DNA from: Takakia lepidozioides
Lineage: Eukaryota; Plantae; Bryophyta
Length of the DNA stretch: 64,000 nt
Reading direction: 5' to 3'
Assembly (NCBI GenBank): GCA_030704615.1
Contig: CM060732.1
Location: 11,470,001-11,534,000, forward strand
This document shows, piece by piece, positions 11,420-24,299 of the stretch. Below the pieces are notes generated by a model. That model saw nothing but the letters and a program-made list of their open reading frames with translations. It was not told the DNA's origin and ran no database searches. Within the stretch, counting starts at the first letter, position 1. Every line of letters begins with the position of its first letter. The translations under genes were made by a program, and so were the position numbers.

Positions 11420-13980
11420 CCTAATCACGTTTCAGGAAACCTTATACGCGCTCTTCCCCTTGTTGGTCATTCTTCACAGTCAATGATGGCGGAGTTATTG
11501 ACGTTGACAAACTGCAAGTGATGAGGTGTATAATCTGTCATGGTGCATATGTCAGATCTTTTAGCTCTTCGCACTCATAGCAGAAAAGGCTTGATTACTT
11601 ACTTCAAGTCAAATGGTATTAGTGCCATGAGAAAACATGTTGAGACTGAGCGCTCACACTTAGGTAGTAGATACGATGAAGATGTGAGCAGCAGGGCAAA
11701 TGATCTTTTGGAATGGCAACCTGCAAAGAAACGCCCAAATGTTACACCTGGTACAATTTCCAAGTTCTTTTCTTCAATAGACCTTTCCAAAAATTATGCA
11801 TCCACATAGAAGTCTTTCCTTCATAATCTTCTTCTGTTTGTAATTAAACAATATTTGCCGTTGAGGACAGTATAATCAGTGTGGCTGCAAAGGTTGGCAT
11901 TGGGCTTGTGTCCAAGCGTTGTGTTTCCAAGATGATCAGTGTTGTTGACAAATCTAGAGATAAGTATGTCATTCCAGTATTGCCATCGTGTATCACAACA
12001 ACGGCCACCTTCGACTTATGGATGTCCAAAGGTACACATGATATTTTCACTGTTGTCGTTAATTTTCTATCCTCCGAATGGGAACCTAGGCATGTGACAA
12101 TTGGTTTATTTGAAGTAAATCACACTGCTGGACAAGCCATGGCAATGTAGCTGCAAAATCTGCACATTAAGAAATTGCTTCGCACATGCCATGTCTAAGG
12201 TTTGTCAGTATGCAAGCACCGAAAGTCTGTCGACGGTCTTATATGTCCATCAAAGCTGCTCAAAGTGACATACAAAAATGTATCACCTGGCCTAAGAAAT
12301 CTGGAAAAGACCTACAAGCATGGGATGTTGCTTGTATTACTAAGGGACTCCATCCAAGAAAAATCAACACTCCTGCGAAAATTAGGTAATCAGTTGTTTC
12401 ATAGAATTTCGAAAATTTCTAGATTGCATCATTTTTGTGTTGATGGGGCTAAATAATTCAAATGTGGCTTTTGTGTTGTCTTATGTATGTAAATGTGATT
12501 GTGCATCTGAGTTGTATTAATTTCTAATTGATGTCAACATTCTTGTGGGATGCTTAGATTTGTAAGCCGTATTTTATTTCAATATGCTCTTCGGTTTTGA
12601 GCAACCATCAATCACTGCTATAGCCATGTAGACAATTATAATCACATATTGTGTCCTCAACCAAAGTAAATGACATTGGTTATTATCAGATGCTTTGAAT
12701 TCAGCCATAGCCTTGGTTGTTTAATATCATAGTGATGCAAGAATTGTAGATGACAACTTGGGTATGTGGAAGGAAGCTACACCACGAGCCTACTCACGTG
12801 AGCCTATGAGCCCGGGCACTTAGTCGGAGCTTGGGCGTCACGCTTAGTGCTCGTGAGTGCGGAATGGTGCGGTATTAGAAAGAGGGTATATACCCAAGGA
12901 TAAAGGCAGACCTATTCCCGCGAGAATACCAGCAGTGTCATTTGAAAAATTGGAATCGTATTGATGCATTCATTATGTGCTTGTAATCAAGTGTGATGAC
13001 TTATGTGGATGTTAACGACCACATAATTTGTAACCTCACTTTATGTTATGATTTATTTTTATTTTTTTTCGAAATAATTTGAAATTTTTGTTTTTTTATT
13101 AGAGAACTTGCGGGAGGTCCACGAATAATGTGGGCGTCATTACCCACATAACTCCTCACATTTTCTATCAAAAATTTATTTTTTGAAAATTTTGGTTTTT
13201 TTTTTTTTTTTTTTTTTTTGGTCATTGGAGGACTTGCGGTAGGTCCACGAATTACGTGGGCGTCAACATGCACATAAATTCTCAAATTTATTATTTTTAT
13301 TTTTATTAGTTTTATGTCATCGAAGGACTTGCAGGAGGGAGGTCCATGAATTATGTAGGCCTCAACACCCACAGAAGAGGCAATGAAAGCAAAACAATCT
13401 GAGGACATCTGAAATAAATAGGACACCATGTGCAGCATCTCGTTGTTCGACAGTGTAAACTCATCGTAGCTAAGAGTGTCCAAAGTTGAACTTACGATGG
13501 CACAAACTTGGGTTTTGTCAGCAAAATTGGTTTTTTTTTTTTTTTTTTTGGTTTCTCCCTTTCAAGCTCTTGTCCAAAATTGAACTCACATAAGCACAAA
13601 CTTGGGTTTTGTCAGCAAAATTAGTTTTTGTTATTACATTTTTTTTCGCTTGACAAGATGTTGTGGCCGATGCTGTCATTCAATCATGGGATAAATATTG
13701 GCAAGAGGCGAATGCACAGAAATAGGTGAAATATCTGCAGTTATGGACCTCCCTCCCCGGCTCACGGGAGCCTAGGAGCTTCAGCCTGGCCAAGTTTATA
13801 GGCCAAGTTCATAAGCTCATGTAAGCTCGTGAACAGGCTCACGAATTAGCATTCCTCGGGTATGTCGCAGCTAAAAGAGTTTGACAAGGAGCTCGAAGAC
13901 TTCAAGATCAACATGCAGTAAGAAGTGATTGGTGTCTTCACTCATTTTTTGTCATTCATGTACAAATTTGACAAAGGAAA
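11420..13980 (+). mobile_element. hAT-family transposase pseudogene (copy 1), interrupted by a nested TIR element
   Basis: BED-type zinc finger (MRCIICH...RKGLITYFKSNGISAMRKHV), TFDLWMSKG..DIF.VVVNF catalytic region and QKCITWPKKSGK. The reading frame resumes after 13865 (SQLKEFDKELEDF). Confidence 0.8.
12768..13857. mobile_element. Non-autonomous TIR element (MULE- or hAT-like) with 8-bp TSD and internal ~115-bp repeats
   Basis: GGGTATGT duplicated at 12760-12767 and 13858-13865. Imperfect TIRs: GAAGGAAGCTA..GAGCCTACTCACG on the left versus rc GAGGAATGCTA..GAGCCTGTTCACG on the right. Repeated GGTCCACGAAT..TGGGCGTCA motif at 13105-13370. Confidence 0.75.
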
Positions 13981-14039
13981 CGTAGTGGACAAGACCCGAT
14001 TTTCAACCAAAGAGCTTAGTTGTTTGTGTGGTCAATAGT

Positions 14040-17000
14040 CTGGAACAGTCATTGTACCTACTTAATTTTGTGAGATGGATGCACCTGAATTTTTTATGGT
14101 GTCTGGACTTCAGCCTTCTCACATGCACATGGCCTATATCGACCACTTTTACTGCTCTCCCATCCTGTTGATCTGGGCTAAACCTGAGGTACAGGGGCCC
14201 ATACTTCCTGATTTTGATCATGTGTATATACATATATGCATTACTTTCTCCCTTTCTGGCTCCTTTGCAAAGGACATGGTTACTTTAAGCTGAACCCTTC
14301 AATTCCATATTCCATTCCCTCTGAAGCTGAAAATTAAGGAGGCTTGGACAAACTCAGATAATGAGTTGATCTCCTCTACTCTCAAATTCCTTAGCAAGCT
14401 AGAGGTGGTCAGAAAGCCTGCCCAGACACATTACAGATCATTTGTCTTATGAAGGAATTGAAAACTATTAAAAAAAAAAAAAAAAACTTTTCAAATGCTT
14501 TGCATAGTGCCAAAAGGTTATTCTTAGGTTATTGGAGCTAATTGAATGGACCCGCAAACTTTGGAATCCTATTAACTGGCGAACGCAACCTAGCTGAGTT
14601 GCTTAAAGCAAAGGAAGATAACCTTTGTCGTAAAGCAGGTGTCAACTGGTCCCTACATGGGAAAGATGAACCTTTGTTTTTTTCTCAAGGCCAAGCGGCC
14701 ACCACGATAAGCTCGCTTAAGATGTTCAAGACGTTTCTCTTATGAAGCGAGATGGCGGCACTTGCAACCTCTCATTTCTCTTATCTTTTATACAAGAGGC
14801 CTTCTGCTCGACATCTTACATCTACACAAGACGGTTGGGCTTGTTTCCCTGTCATCTCTTCTGTAGAGCTTGCGAATCTCTCAGCATATTTTTCGTCGAT
14901 GGAATTGGAAGATGCTATGTCCAAACTTAGTTCATTTAAATCCTCCGGACTAGATGGACTACCCCTTAAATTTTTCAATGGAATCTGGTTAGAAATCAGT
15001 GATGACTTTGTTCATTGACAGAAAACATCCTCACGAAAGGAATTATGCCTTCTCAGCTTTCTAAAAGTGTCATCGCGCTCATTCACAAAAAAGGTGATAA
15101 TGATGCCTTATCAAATTACAGACCTATTTACTCTTCTTAATTCTAGTACAAAATCATTGCCAAGGCCTTGGCATCCAGACTCCAGCCCCTGCTCAGAAAA
15201 ATTGATCAGACCTGAGCAAACTAGCTTTGAGTGGGGGGTCTCCCTCTTCTCTCCTTCCAACCCCAAGATAAGAGCGACTTGACGTCTGAAAAGAAACCCG
15301 ACTCTTGTGCGAATTTCGGATGTCTAGGCCAACGCAAAGCAGGGGGTGAGGGCAAAGACAACAAGAAATGGACAAGCATCCAAGAATGAGTTGCAATTGA
15401 CCCTCGGTACAATGCTGCTCAACAAAGGCACCGATGTGTAAGTATGGCTACGGCCTCTTTATGCTCAGCGGCAGGGGGTGGTGGCACACAAGGTGCTTTG
15501 CGCTTTGGAGCCATAGAAGTTGCGATCTCTCCCCTTGCTTGCAATCCCACATGCACAAGTTAGAGTGGCATGCAATTAGAACCCAAACATAAACACAGAG
15601 CGGCTAACTAACACCATGAGAACGACATACTAACATCTCGCGCACCTCGCACACACAGCAAACCGACAAGTTAATAGCCTCACACCATTGAAGCAGCGCA
15701 ATGCCCAAGCAGAAGATGAATGCGCTTCATGAACTCGACATGAAGCCTGAGCGGCGGCTCTGCCAGCAAATGGAAGGAGATACATTCACAAGCCGAGAGA
15801 ACAGCGGGTGTTGCAATGCAGTCGATGAAGGTTAAAGGGAGCGGAAGCACCGAACCTAGGCAAGGAGTCATAGTGCAGTAATGCTCAAGGGTCCAACACA
15901 ACCGGGAGGACAAAGGTAAAACACTGCTCCACGAGGAGCTTAGACCGCACAAACGAGATGGCGGGAAGGGATGCCCCGGGTGGCTTTGGACGTCCTGGCG
16001 GGCGGACATGGCGGGCCCCTGACCACCCCACACACCCCCACCCCTGCTGGCAGCCCTGCATGGTACTCGCATTTCCAGCCAATTCTGAGGACGCCACGTT
16101 GTTGTCAACCGGCGTGGCGTCCTTCTGGCCATGCGATTTCTGAACCCCTGCATGCCAAAAAAAGATTCTGGGCGGCGCATTTACTCAATCCGCATGGTGT
16201 AAAACGCGTTGGGAAGCTCTCTTGAAGCGCCACATTTCATCTTCAGGGTGCTTCTTCATCCCAGTTCATCTGCAGTAGTTGGTGGGCCCCGAAAAATCTC
16301 AAGCCGCCCGATTCCAGTCGCTTGAGCATTTAGGGGTTAAAGATCGCATGATTCTTGTTAACATTTTGTTGGCCAATGAGGCTTTACATTTTGCCTACGA
16401 ATCCATCCAGGCTTTGGCTCTTCTTATGTTGGACTTCAAGAAAGCCTTTGATAATATAAATTGGGAGCACTTGCTATGTGCGATTCAAAAAAGTGGGGTA
16501 ACTTCCTCTCTTGGATTCGAATCCTTCTACACTCTGGTTCCTGCAAGGTCATAGTTAAAGATGCCCCTCTTCCTTCCCTCTCTTCCGTTCCGTCAGGCAG
16601 GGTTGCCCACTGTCCCTTTTTTTGTTCTTTATTGCTGCCGATGGCTTAGGCCACCTCCTACAAAGGCACCCAGACATCATAAGTTATGTCTCAAGATCCC
16701 TCATTCTATTACCCCTAACTACAGTATTAAATCTTCACTTTATGCAGATGATACTGTCCTGCTTATGGACAACAACTCTTTCACAAATGTAACGGATCTT
16801 ACAAGCTCTATCCTCTTTTTGTGATGCCATTGGGTTAAATATAAACTGGAGAAAATTTACACTCTCATTTAGAAGACCCCATGTGTGGCAGCCCACTGCC
16901 TTCAATGGGGGAATGATCTTGGTCTTCGGTGGCTGCAAGACGGGCACTCCCATGTGCTATTTGGCCATCATGTTGGTCACGACCTCGATGATCAACATAG

Positions 17001-17150
17001 AAGTGAAGCTGTTTTGATTAAGCTCACAAGGAAACTATCTTACTAGAGCTCAGTTCATCTTTCTATTGGAGGCAAATTAGCTTTGGTGGTCAATTAGATT
17101 TTGTTGACTTCTTGTTGGTTCATCTCCTGGGTCTGGTCATGCTTCTGCCA
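14040..17150 (+). mobile_element. Highly degenerate L1/Tx1-like LINE ORF2, split by a ~1.1-kb insertion (15229-16336)
   Basis: KSSGLDGLPLKFF, EQTSF|VKDRMILVNILLANE, LDFKKAFDNINW, RQGCPL and LYADD RT motifs in broken frames. Confidence 0.75.
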
Positions 17151-17225
17151 GTCAAGGATCTACCATCCCAGGTTTCTAGTTTCTGGTATGAGTCAGTCCG
17201 CGGTACCATGCTGCTTCCCTTCTGA

Positions 17226-17604
17226 AGGCAGGTTCACATGGCAAAAATCTGTCCGTCCCATCTAGCCATAGTGGTGGGCCCTCCACACGTGTGGAGGGGG
17301 ACCGACGGTGCAACATGTTCACACGCAATAGTACACACTTGACGCAACATATAAGTTTAGCAAGAGAAGCTCTCATAAAGAGCCCTCCGGCTAAACCCTA
17401 CACACATGTTTTAGCCATGATAGCCAGGAGAAGGAATGAGGGATGGGACGGACAGCGACGGACAGCAGGAAGTACCTACAGTGGCCAGGCCGTCCGTCCC
17501 TTCCTCCCCATCGCGTTCCTCAAGGGTGGACCCCGGCCCTCCACACCTGCTGCAGCCGCCACGTCCGGATGGGACGGACGGATTTTTGCCGTGTGAACCT
17601 GCCT
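17226..17604. mobile_element. PIF/Harbinger (Tourist-like) MITE
   Basis: ~37-bp TIRs AGGCAGGTTCACA(T/C)GGCAAAAATC(T/C)GTCCGTCCCATC. 3-bp TSD TGA at 17223-17225 and 17605-17607. Confidence 0.85.
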
Positions 17605-17944
17605 TGAGCAAAATCTGGTCATCTGGAATTCACACTCCGTTGTATGTCATTTAACTCTCCCTGAATGGATCCTGCCTCTAGACATAAGTGGCTAACAAAG
17701 ACAACCCATAACTTAAGGAGCTACTGGTATACACTGGATCCTATGCTGAATTGGTTGCAAGATTGAGGAAAGAAGTCGCTGTGGGAGAAGGACAGGGACG
17801 ACACATTTCTGTAGAAGAATATGACAATCTAGTTACAGGGCATTGAGTGTTGCAACATTTGCATCATCCTCATAGCTTGTATAATCCTCTAGTTTGAAAA
17901 AAAAGTGATAATTTCCCATTTGAAACAACTGCATGCTGCTTATG

Positions 17945-20000
17945 TCACCAGTAATCCTCACAAGAACAAACCCCATCTTGGAAGTGGTGGAAGCAGTTGG
18001 CATCCCGTACAACAACTACTCGCCCAACAATCTTCGAGATGAACTTGATAGCTGAGTGACAGTCTCCACACACCCGGAGGTTCTTGATGATGCGGATGAG
18101 CATCCCTGGGGGTGTGCTGATGAGCCCAAAAGCTATGGCCAGTTTCTCACTATGGTGGGAGAGAGAAATTTTCTTATGGTCCTCCTCCACATCATGCAAC
18201 ACAAAATGCGTGTCAGGGACATAGCCAGCCTCCTTCAGTTGGCCAGACAATATCTCCAGTTCAGCATGGATTTCCTCAATTTGTGGATGTAATTTATCTT
18301 CAGCAATGAATGTATAAACCTGGTTGTCCAGCTCAATGCTGCTGCACCCTGGCTCCTTTCTGACACCTCTGTCCTCCATCATTCTTCTCACCTTTGCTGT
18401 ATCCTCCCACCTGCCTCCTGCAGCATAGATGTTCGATAGCAGCACATATGTTGCAGTATCCTGTGGATCCAACTCGAGAAGGCACTGTGCTGCATGTTCT
18501 GCCACCTCCACATCAGTATGAATGTTGCAGGCACCAAGCAAAGCCCCCCACACCGTAGCACCTACTTCGATTGGCATTTTGTTTATAAAATCCTGCGCCT
18601 CTTCCAGTCGTCCTGCACGGCCAAGAAGGTTCACCATGCAGCTATAGTGCTTCACTGTGGGAGTAAGGCCATAATCTCGGTTGATTGAATAAAATAAGTG
18701 ACAGCCTTCATCCACCAGGCCCACATTGTTACAGGCAGAGAGAAGACATGTAAAGGTGACGCTGTTTGGCTTGAAGCCTTCCAGTTGCATTTGTTCAAAT
18801 AGGTGTAGGGCCTCCATACCACGCCCATGTTGAGCATAACCTGCAATCAACACATTCCACGAGACCACATCACGTTTCGCCATTTTGTCAAACACGTTCC
18901 GTGCATCCTTCATGCTCCCGCATTTGGCATACATATTAACAAGGGTATTCTCCAGAATAATATCTGGTACAATTCTGCTTTTGTCGATGTCAGCGTGTAC
19001 CTGTTTGCCTTTCCCCAGGGCAGCCAGGATGGCACATGCGTTGAGAACACAAGTCAATGTCACCCTGTCAGGCATCACCCCTTCCAGTTGCAATTGTTCT
19101 AACATCTGCAAAGCCTCCCTACCACAGCCATGCTGAGTATATCCTGCCATCATCGCACTCCATGAGATCACATTTTGTTTTTCCATATTTCCAAACACAT
19201 ACATGTTGACAAGGGCAGTCTCTAAAATGATATCTGGCGCAATTCCAGCTTTTATGATGTCAGCATGTACCTCTTTTCCCTTTTCCACATCCGCTAGAAT
19301 TGCACAAGCATTGAGAATACAAACAAACGTGACCCTGGTGGGCATCAGCCCATCCTGTATCATTTGCTCATAGGTTATGAAAGCCTCCCTACCACACCCA
19401 TGCTGGGCATATCCTGCAATCAACGCACTCCATGCAACCACATCTCTTTTAGCCATATTATCAAATAATTGCCGTGCATCCTTCATGCTCCCACATTTGG
19501 CATACATGTCGACAGTTGCAGTCTCCAAAATGATGTCTGGAGCAATTCCGGCTAGCATGGACCTCTTTGCCTTTTTCCAGAGTTCCTAGGCTGGCACACG
19601 CCTTGAGAACGCAGATGAATGTGACCCTGTTGGGTGTCACCCATTCCTGTACCATCTGCTCATAGAGCTTGAAAGCCTCGCTACCACACCCCTGCTTCAC
19701 ATATCCTGCCAACATTGTAGTCCATGTAAACACATCACGTGCAGGCATATTGTCAAACACTTGGCGTGCATCAACTATGCTCCCGCACTTGGCATACATG
19801 TTGACAAGAGTGTTGAGTAGAATGATTTTCGGCTTGAATCCATTTTGGATCATGTGAGCGTGCACCTGCTTCCCCTCTGTTAAGCCTTTCATTGATGCAC
19901 TCCTGTAAGAGAAAGCAAAAAGTATTGGAATCTGCCACAACGCCTTGTTGGTTTAAAATGTGCAGAGTCTTTCGTTTGTCCTGCCTTCCATAGTGTCCTC
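17945..20000 (-). pseudogene. PLS-class PPR protein with E/E+ and DYW deaminase domain (organellar C-to-U editing factor), frameshifted
   Basis: P-L-S repeats (MYAKCGS..DAR..FD.M..RDVV.W), PG box (PGCSSIE), [16 protein letters not shown] and terminal CSCEDYW. Frameshift at ~19557 joins ORFs 19461-19940 and 17945-19558. Further frameshifts upstream of ~19890. In-frame deletion at VNMY|VFGNM. Confidence 0.93.
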
Positions 20001-21135
20001 ACATCCCCACATGTGACAGAAGAGTTCTTGGTGACTCCCTCTCTTGATCGCCACTCAATGGCAGTACTCCTGGTGGAGATGCCTGATCCAACCCTGCCAT
20101 CCTGCGTGACTCTTTGGTTACAAACCTTTTTTCACACACAGATTTCTCTCTTCATTTGTATTTCTTTTTCTCCAATCAAACTCCCGTAACATGCGTTGAC
20201 CCTCCTACATAATTTATATATATCTTCATGAGGACATGCTCCTTGCACACATAGCAGGGTTGCAGAGCTACATCTACATTCTTTCAGTTGGGACCCTTCA
20301 ATCATCACCCTCTTATATTATGGGATACAAATTCTGCTTGACCTTGCATCATGGCAGATAGCTCTGCTTTCACCCAACCAGGGTTCAATCCAAGGGGCCT
20401 CAATTGCACGCTAAGATTTGGAGTCTTGTGATCTTAGATTTCTCTCTGAAAGTGACCACTAGGCAGCTGAGTAAATACGCTTCAGCAACCGCGTCCCCCT
20501 GACCAAGTAAAGCTTCACACATATGCCAAATGACAGAACAGCCTTGAACCACCTACTTTCTGAACAGCCGACAAATAGCAACAGTAGAACTGCTTTTGCT
20601 GTATTTGTGCACTAAACAGAAAGCTGTCACTAATTTCAGAAAACAGTCCATAAAATGTTGTCATGCTAACATCAGTCACAAGCGCTAGTTGATAGACACT
20701 TTAAAGTCCTAATTAAAGACAGGTTGTCCCCTCACAGCAAAGGATCTGAGAAGAACTCCTGCCAGAGCAATTCTTTGCTGAATCCTTGGCCAGTGTGCAA
20801 GAACTTCGCGGAAGTGAGCACTTAGACCGGTTTCCTATTGCCTCGTCTCTTTGCACCATGCGAGTTATCTACAGACTATGCCCTCAAGAGTTTCCCACAG
20901 CCAACGTTAGCAGGGGAATGTTCAGTAGCAGATCTCCCCCTGCCTTTAATATCCAGTAGGTGACTGCCGATTGTCGCTCTGCAGCAATATGTGTCAAATC
21001 TGTGCTACTTAGCCCTCTACATTAAAGGGGGAGCTCAACATGCTTGCAAGTTCCCTTTGAACTTGCGGCGGAATTTCGATGGGCTAGGCGACCCTGAGGA
21101 CAAACTCCTCAGTGACGGGCAGGCCTAATCGAGAA

Positions 21136-21158
21136 CTCTCTCTCTCTCTCTCTCTCTC
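21136..21158. repeat. (CT)n microsatellite
   Basis: Direct reading of the sequence. Confidence 0.9.
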
Positions 21159-22471
21159 ACCGTATGCAAAAGAAAATCAAAGTGTCACTTGAGCAGATAT
21201 TGAAGAAGCTGATGGAACGAGAAGAATGTCGAATGCACTTCCTGTCTCACCATAATGCGGGCAAGTTTCTGCCGGGATGGCTCAAGGAGCCAACGCACAA
21301 CTAGCCGACCAAGAAAACGACACCAAAGATGAACACGCTATACCTTTCTTGGGTCTCCCTGGAGGCTGGGGAGGGGTCACAGCCATGACTCGCAAGGGTC
21401 CGACGCCCGGCATTGCCGAGCTGCATATATAATTCTCCTCCAGGCGCGATAATCTGCAGCATGATGCAAGGCTTCCCAGCCGTTCAGTAAAAGGAGAGGC
21501 CATACCCAAGGTTGTGTGCATGGCCTCTCCCTACGTGCTCACCACACCTCCGCCCCCTCCGCCATCATCCTGCAGCTCTAAACCTTGAGTCTAGATCCGT
21601 GCTGAAACAACACACACTGCAGGGTGGATGGTGCCATCGCTGGGCTCAGCGAGCATGCAGCCCTTGAAGCTTCCAAGGTTGCTCACTGATGGATGGGCAG
21701 ACTCTGATGACGATTTTGGGTACCTACCTAGCTACAGTAAACTGCTCGCACCAACCTACCAAGATTCACCCAAGTGAAGATAAAACAAGTAGCAATGCTA
21801 ATAGCTACCCCTTTTTCTTCCGTGAGGCTCAACAGAGAGATGGGCTTTTGATTTCTCTTTCCTAAAATACCACAGTGTCTCTAAAGATAGAAGGATGCCA
21901 GACCACTTCTAGACTTAAGTGGAAGAACCAGTTGCATATACCAATAAAAGATTTAATAGTTTATCTTTATATTTTAATCATTTTTTAGGTATTTTTAGTA
22001 TTCATCGTTTTAATCATAACCTAAATTTATTAGAATAATTAAAAGTTATATTATTATACGAATCAAATCAACACATATTTACTATTAAAAATATAAAACA
22101 ATTATTCAAAATTTAACTTTTATACAACCAGTCACTTGTAACTACACAATGCTCTTAAGCATGTAACAATCAAGTATGTTATATATATATATATATATAT
22201 ATTCAAAGATCTATCACACAACATTCAGTCTTACTTTCATTTTCTAAACATCTTAAGATCGGACATGTAACAATCTGATTCTAAGTATTTCAATCTATTT
22301 TTTTCTTTCTGCTGTAATTAATTAAGAGAGTCGGACTATAGGCAACATTGTCAAAAACTGCGGAAGATGTACAGATATGTTGGAAGAGGCTAAGCGAAAT
22401 CATGAGAGACTTGAAAACCCTAAGAGAAAAAGAATATTTCCTAAGGGAAATAGAAAAAATATAAATTATTA

Positions 22472-22665
22472 TAATAAATGTATCAAATTTGGTCATTATA
22501 TTTATGAATCACATGTACTATTTATTGGTATGTACCGACAAAATTGGTAGGTTGTCATCATTTATTATAATTAAAACAAAACCTTATTTTTTATAAACGC
22601 TCATACATCCATTTGTAATGTACTGGCATCCTTTTTTGAAATAAAACTTTACGTATTAGTACCTA
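22472..22665 (+). repeat. ~190-bp direct repeat, left flank of the satellite
   Basis: GAATCACATGTACTATTTATTGGTATGTACCGACAAAATT and its surroundings recur at 24001-24190. Confidence 0.85.
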
Positions 22666-22689
22666 TGTTAAAAATAGAAAAATAGAAAA

Positions 22690-23985
22690 ATATTATTTAT
22701 AATTGCCCTTAGGACTCCTTAGGATTGCCATAGAGAGTCCTAAGGGGGGGGATGGAAATATATAAATTAGTATTTATAATTGCCCTTAGGACTGCTTAGG
22801 GTGGCCCTAAAGAGTCCTAAGAGGGGGGAAATGAAAACATATATATTATTATTATTATTACCCTTAGAACTTCTTAGGGCAATCCTAAGGAGTCCTAAGA
22901 GGAAAAAAATGGAAAGACATAAATATTTGCCCTTAAGACCCGTTTAGGCAGCCTAAGGGGTTATAAGAGGGGGAGAATGGAAACATATAAATTATTATCT
23001 ATAATTGCCCTGAGGACTCCTTAAGGTGGCCCTAAAGAGTCCTATGAGGGGGAAAATAGAAATATATAAATTATAGGAAAATAAAAACATATACGTTATT
23101 ATTTATATTTACCCTTATGACTTCTTAGGTTAGTCCTAGGAGTCCTAAGAGGAGAAAAATGGAAAGATATAAATATTTGCCCTTAAGACCCGTTTAGGCA
23201 ATCTAAGGAATTATAAGAGGGGGAAAATCAAACATATAATTATTATCTAAAGTTGCCTTTAGAACTCCGTAGGACTGCCTAAGGAGTCCTAAGAGGGGAA
23301 AATGGAAATATATAAATTATTATTATAATTGCCGTTATGATTGCTTAGGACGGCACTAAGGAGCCTAAGAGAGGAAAAAATAAAAACATATAAATTATTA
23401 TTTATAATTATCCTTAGGGCTTCTTAGGATAGGACAGTCTTAAGGAGTCCTAAGAGGAGAAAAATGGAAAGACATAAATAATTGCTGTTAAAACCCGTTT
23501 AGGCATCCTAAGGGGTTATAAGAGGGGGACAATGGAAACGTATAAATTATTATTTATAATTGCCCTTAGGACTTCTCATGACGGCCCTAAGGAGTCCAAA
23601 GAGAGGGGGAAAATAAAAAAGTATAAAGTATTATTTATAATTACCCTTAGGGCTTCATAGGACAGTCCTAAGGAGTCCTAAGATGAGAGAAATGGAAAAA
23701 CATAAATAATTGTCCTTAAGACCCGTTTAGGCAACCTAAGAGGGGGAATGGAAATATGTAAATTAGTATTTATAATTGCTCTTAGGACTGCTTAGAGTGG
23801 CCCTAAAAAGTCCTAAGATGGGGAAAATATAAACATATAAATTATTATTTATAACTGCCCTTAGGACTCCTTAGGGCCATCCTAAGAAGTCCTAAGCAGG
23901 GGAAAATTGAAAGATGTAAAATATTATTTTTGATTGCTCTTAGGACTCCTTAGGGCAGCCCTAAGGAGTCATAAGGGGGAAATAT
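22690..23985. repeat. Tandem satellite, ~77-bp monomer (~17 copies), each with an internal palindrome; 3-4-mer higher-order repeat
   Basis: Consensus TTATTTATAATTGCCCTTAGGACTCCTTAGGGCAGCCCTAAGGAGTCCTAAGAGGGGGAAATGGAAATATATAAA. A variant monomer (ACCCGTTTAGGCA) recurs at ~22930, 23180, 23490 and 23715. Confidence 0.93.
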
Positions 23986-24000
23986 ATATATATATATTAT

Positions 24001-24190
24001 AATAAATATATCAACTTTGATCATTACATTTAAGAATCACATGTACTATTTATTGGTATGTACCGACAAAATTTGTAGGTGACACCATTTATTACAATTA
24101 AAACAAGATTTTGTCTCGAACGTTCATACAGCTATTTGTAATGCACCGACATCCATTTTTAAATAAACCTTCATGAGTTAGTACCTATTC
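24001..24190 (+). repeat. ~190-bp direct repeat, right flank of the satellite
   Basis: Diverged copy of 22472-22665. Confidence 0.85.
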
Positions 24191-24299
24191 AAAAAGTGTA
24201 TGGGATAAGGTTAATACATATCAACTTTTCATTCTGTTTTCATCCAATTATTTCATTTTTCATTCATTCTTTTTAGACTATAACTCATTTTTTTCCCTA

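Noticed and set aside
13046-13483. 145-aa ORF with poly-K
   Set aside because: It arises from poly-T tracts and internal repeats of a non-autonomous element.
22690-23985. CRISPR-like array (palindromic repeats at regular spacing)
   Set aside because: The intervening sequences are conserved AT-rich linkers rather than unique spacers, there are no cas genes, and the context is eukaryotic.
22690-23985. Interstitial telomeric repeat (TTAGG/TTAGGG motifs)
   Set aside because: The motifs occur in both orientations inside a palindrome and are not in tandem.
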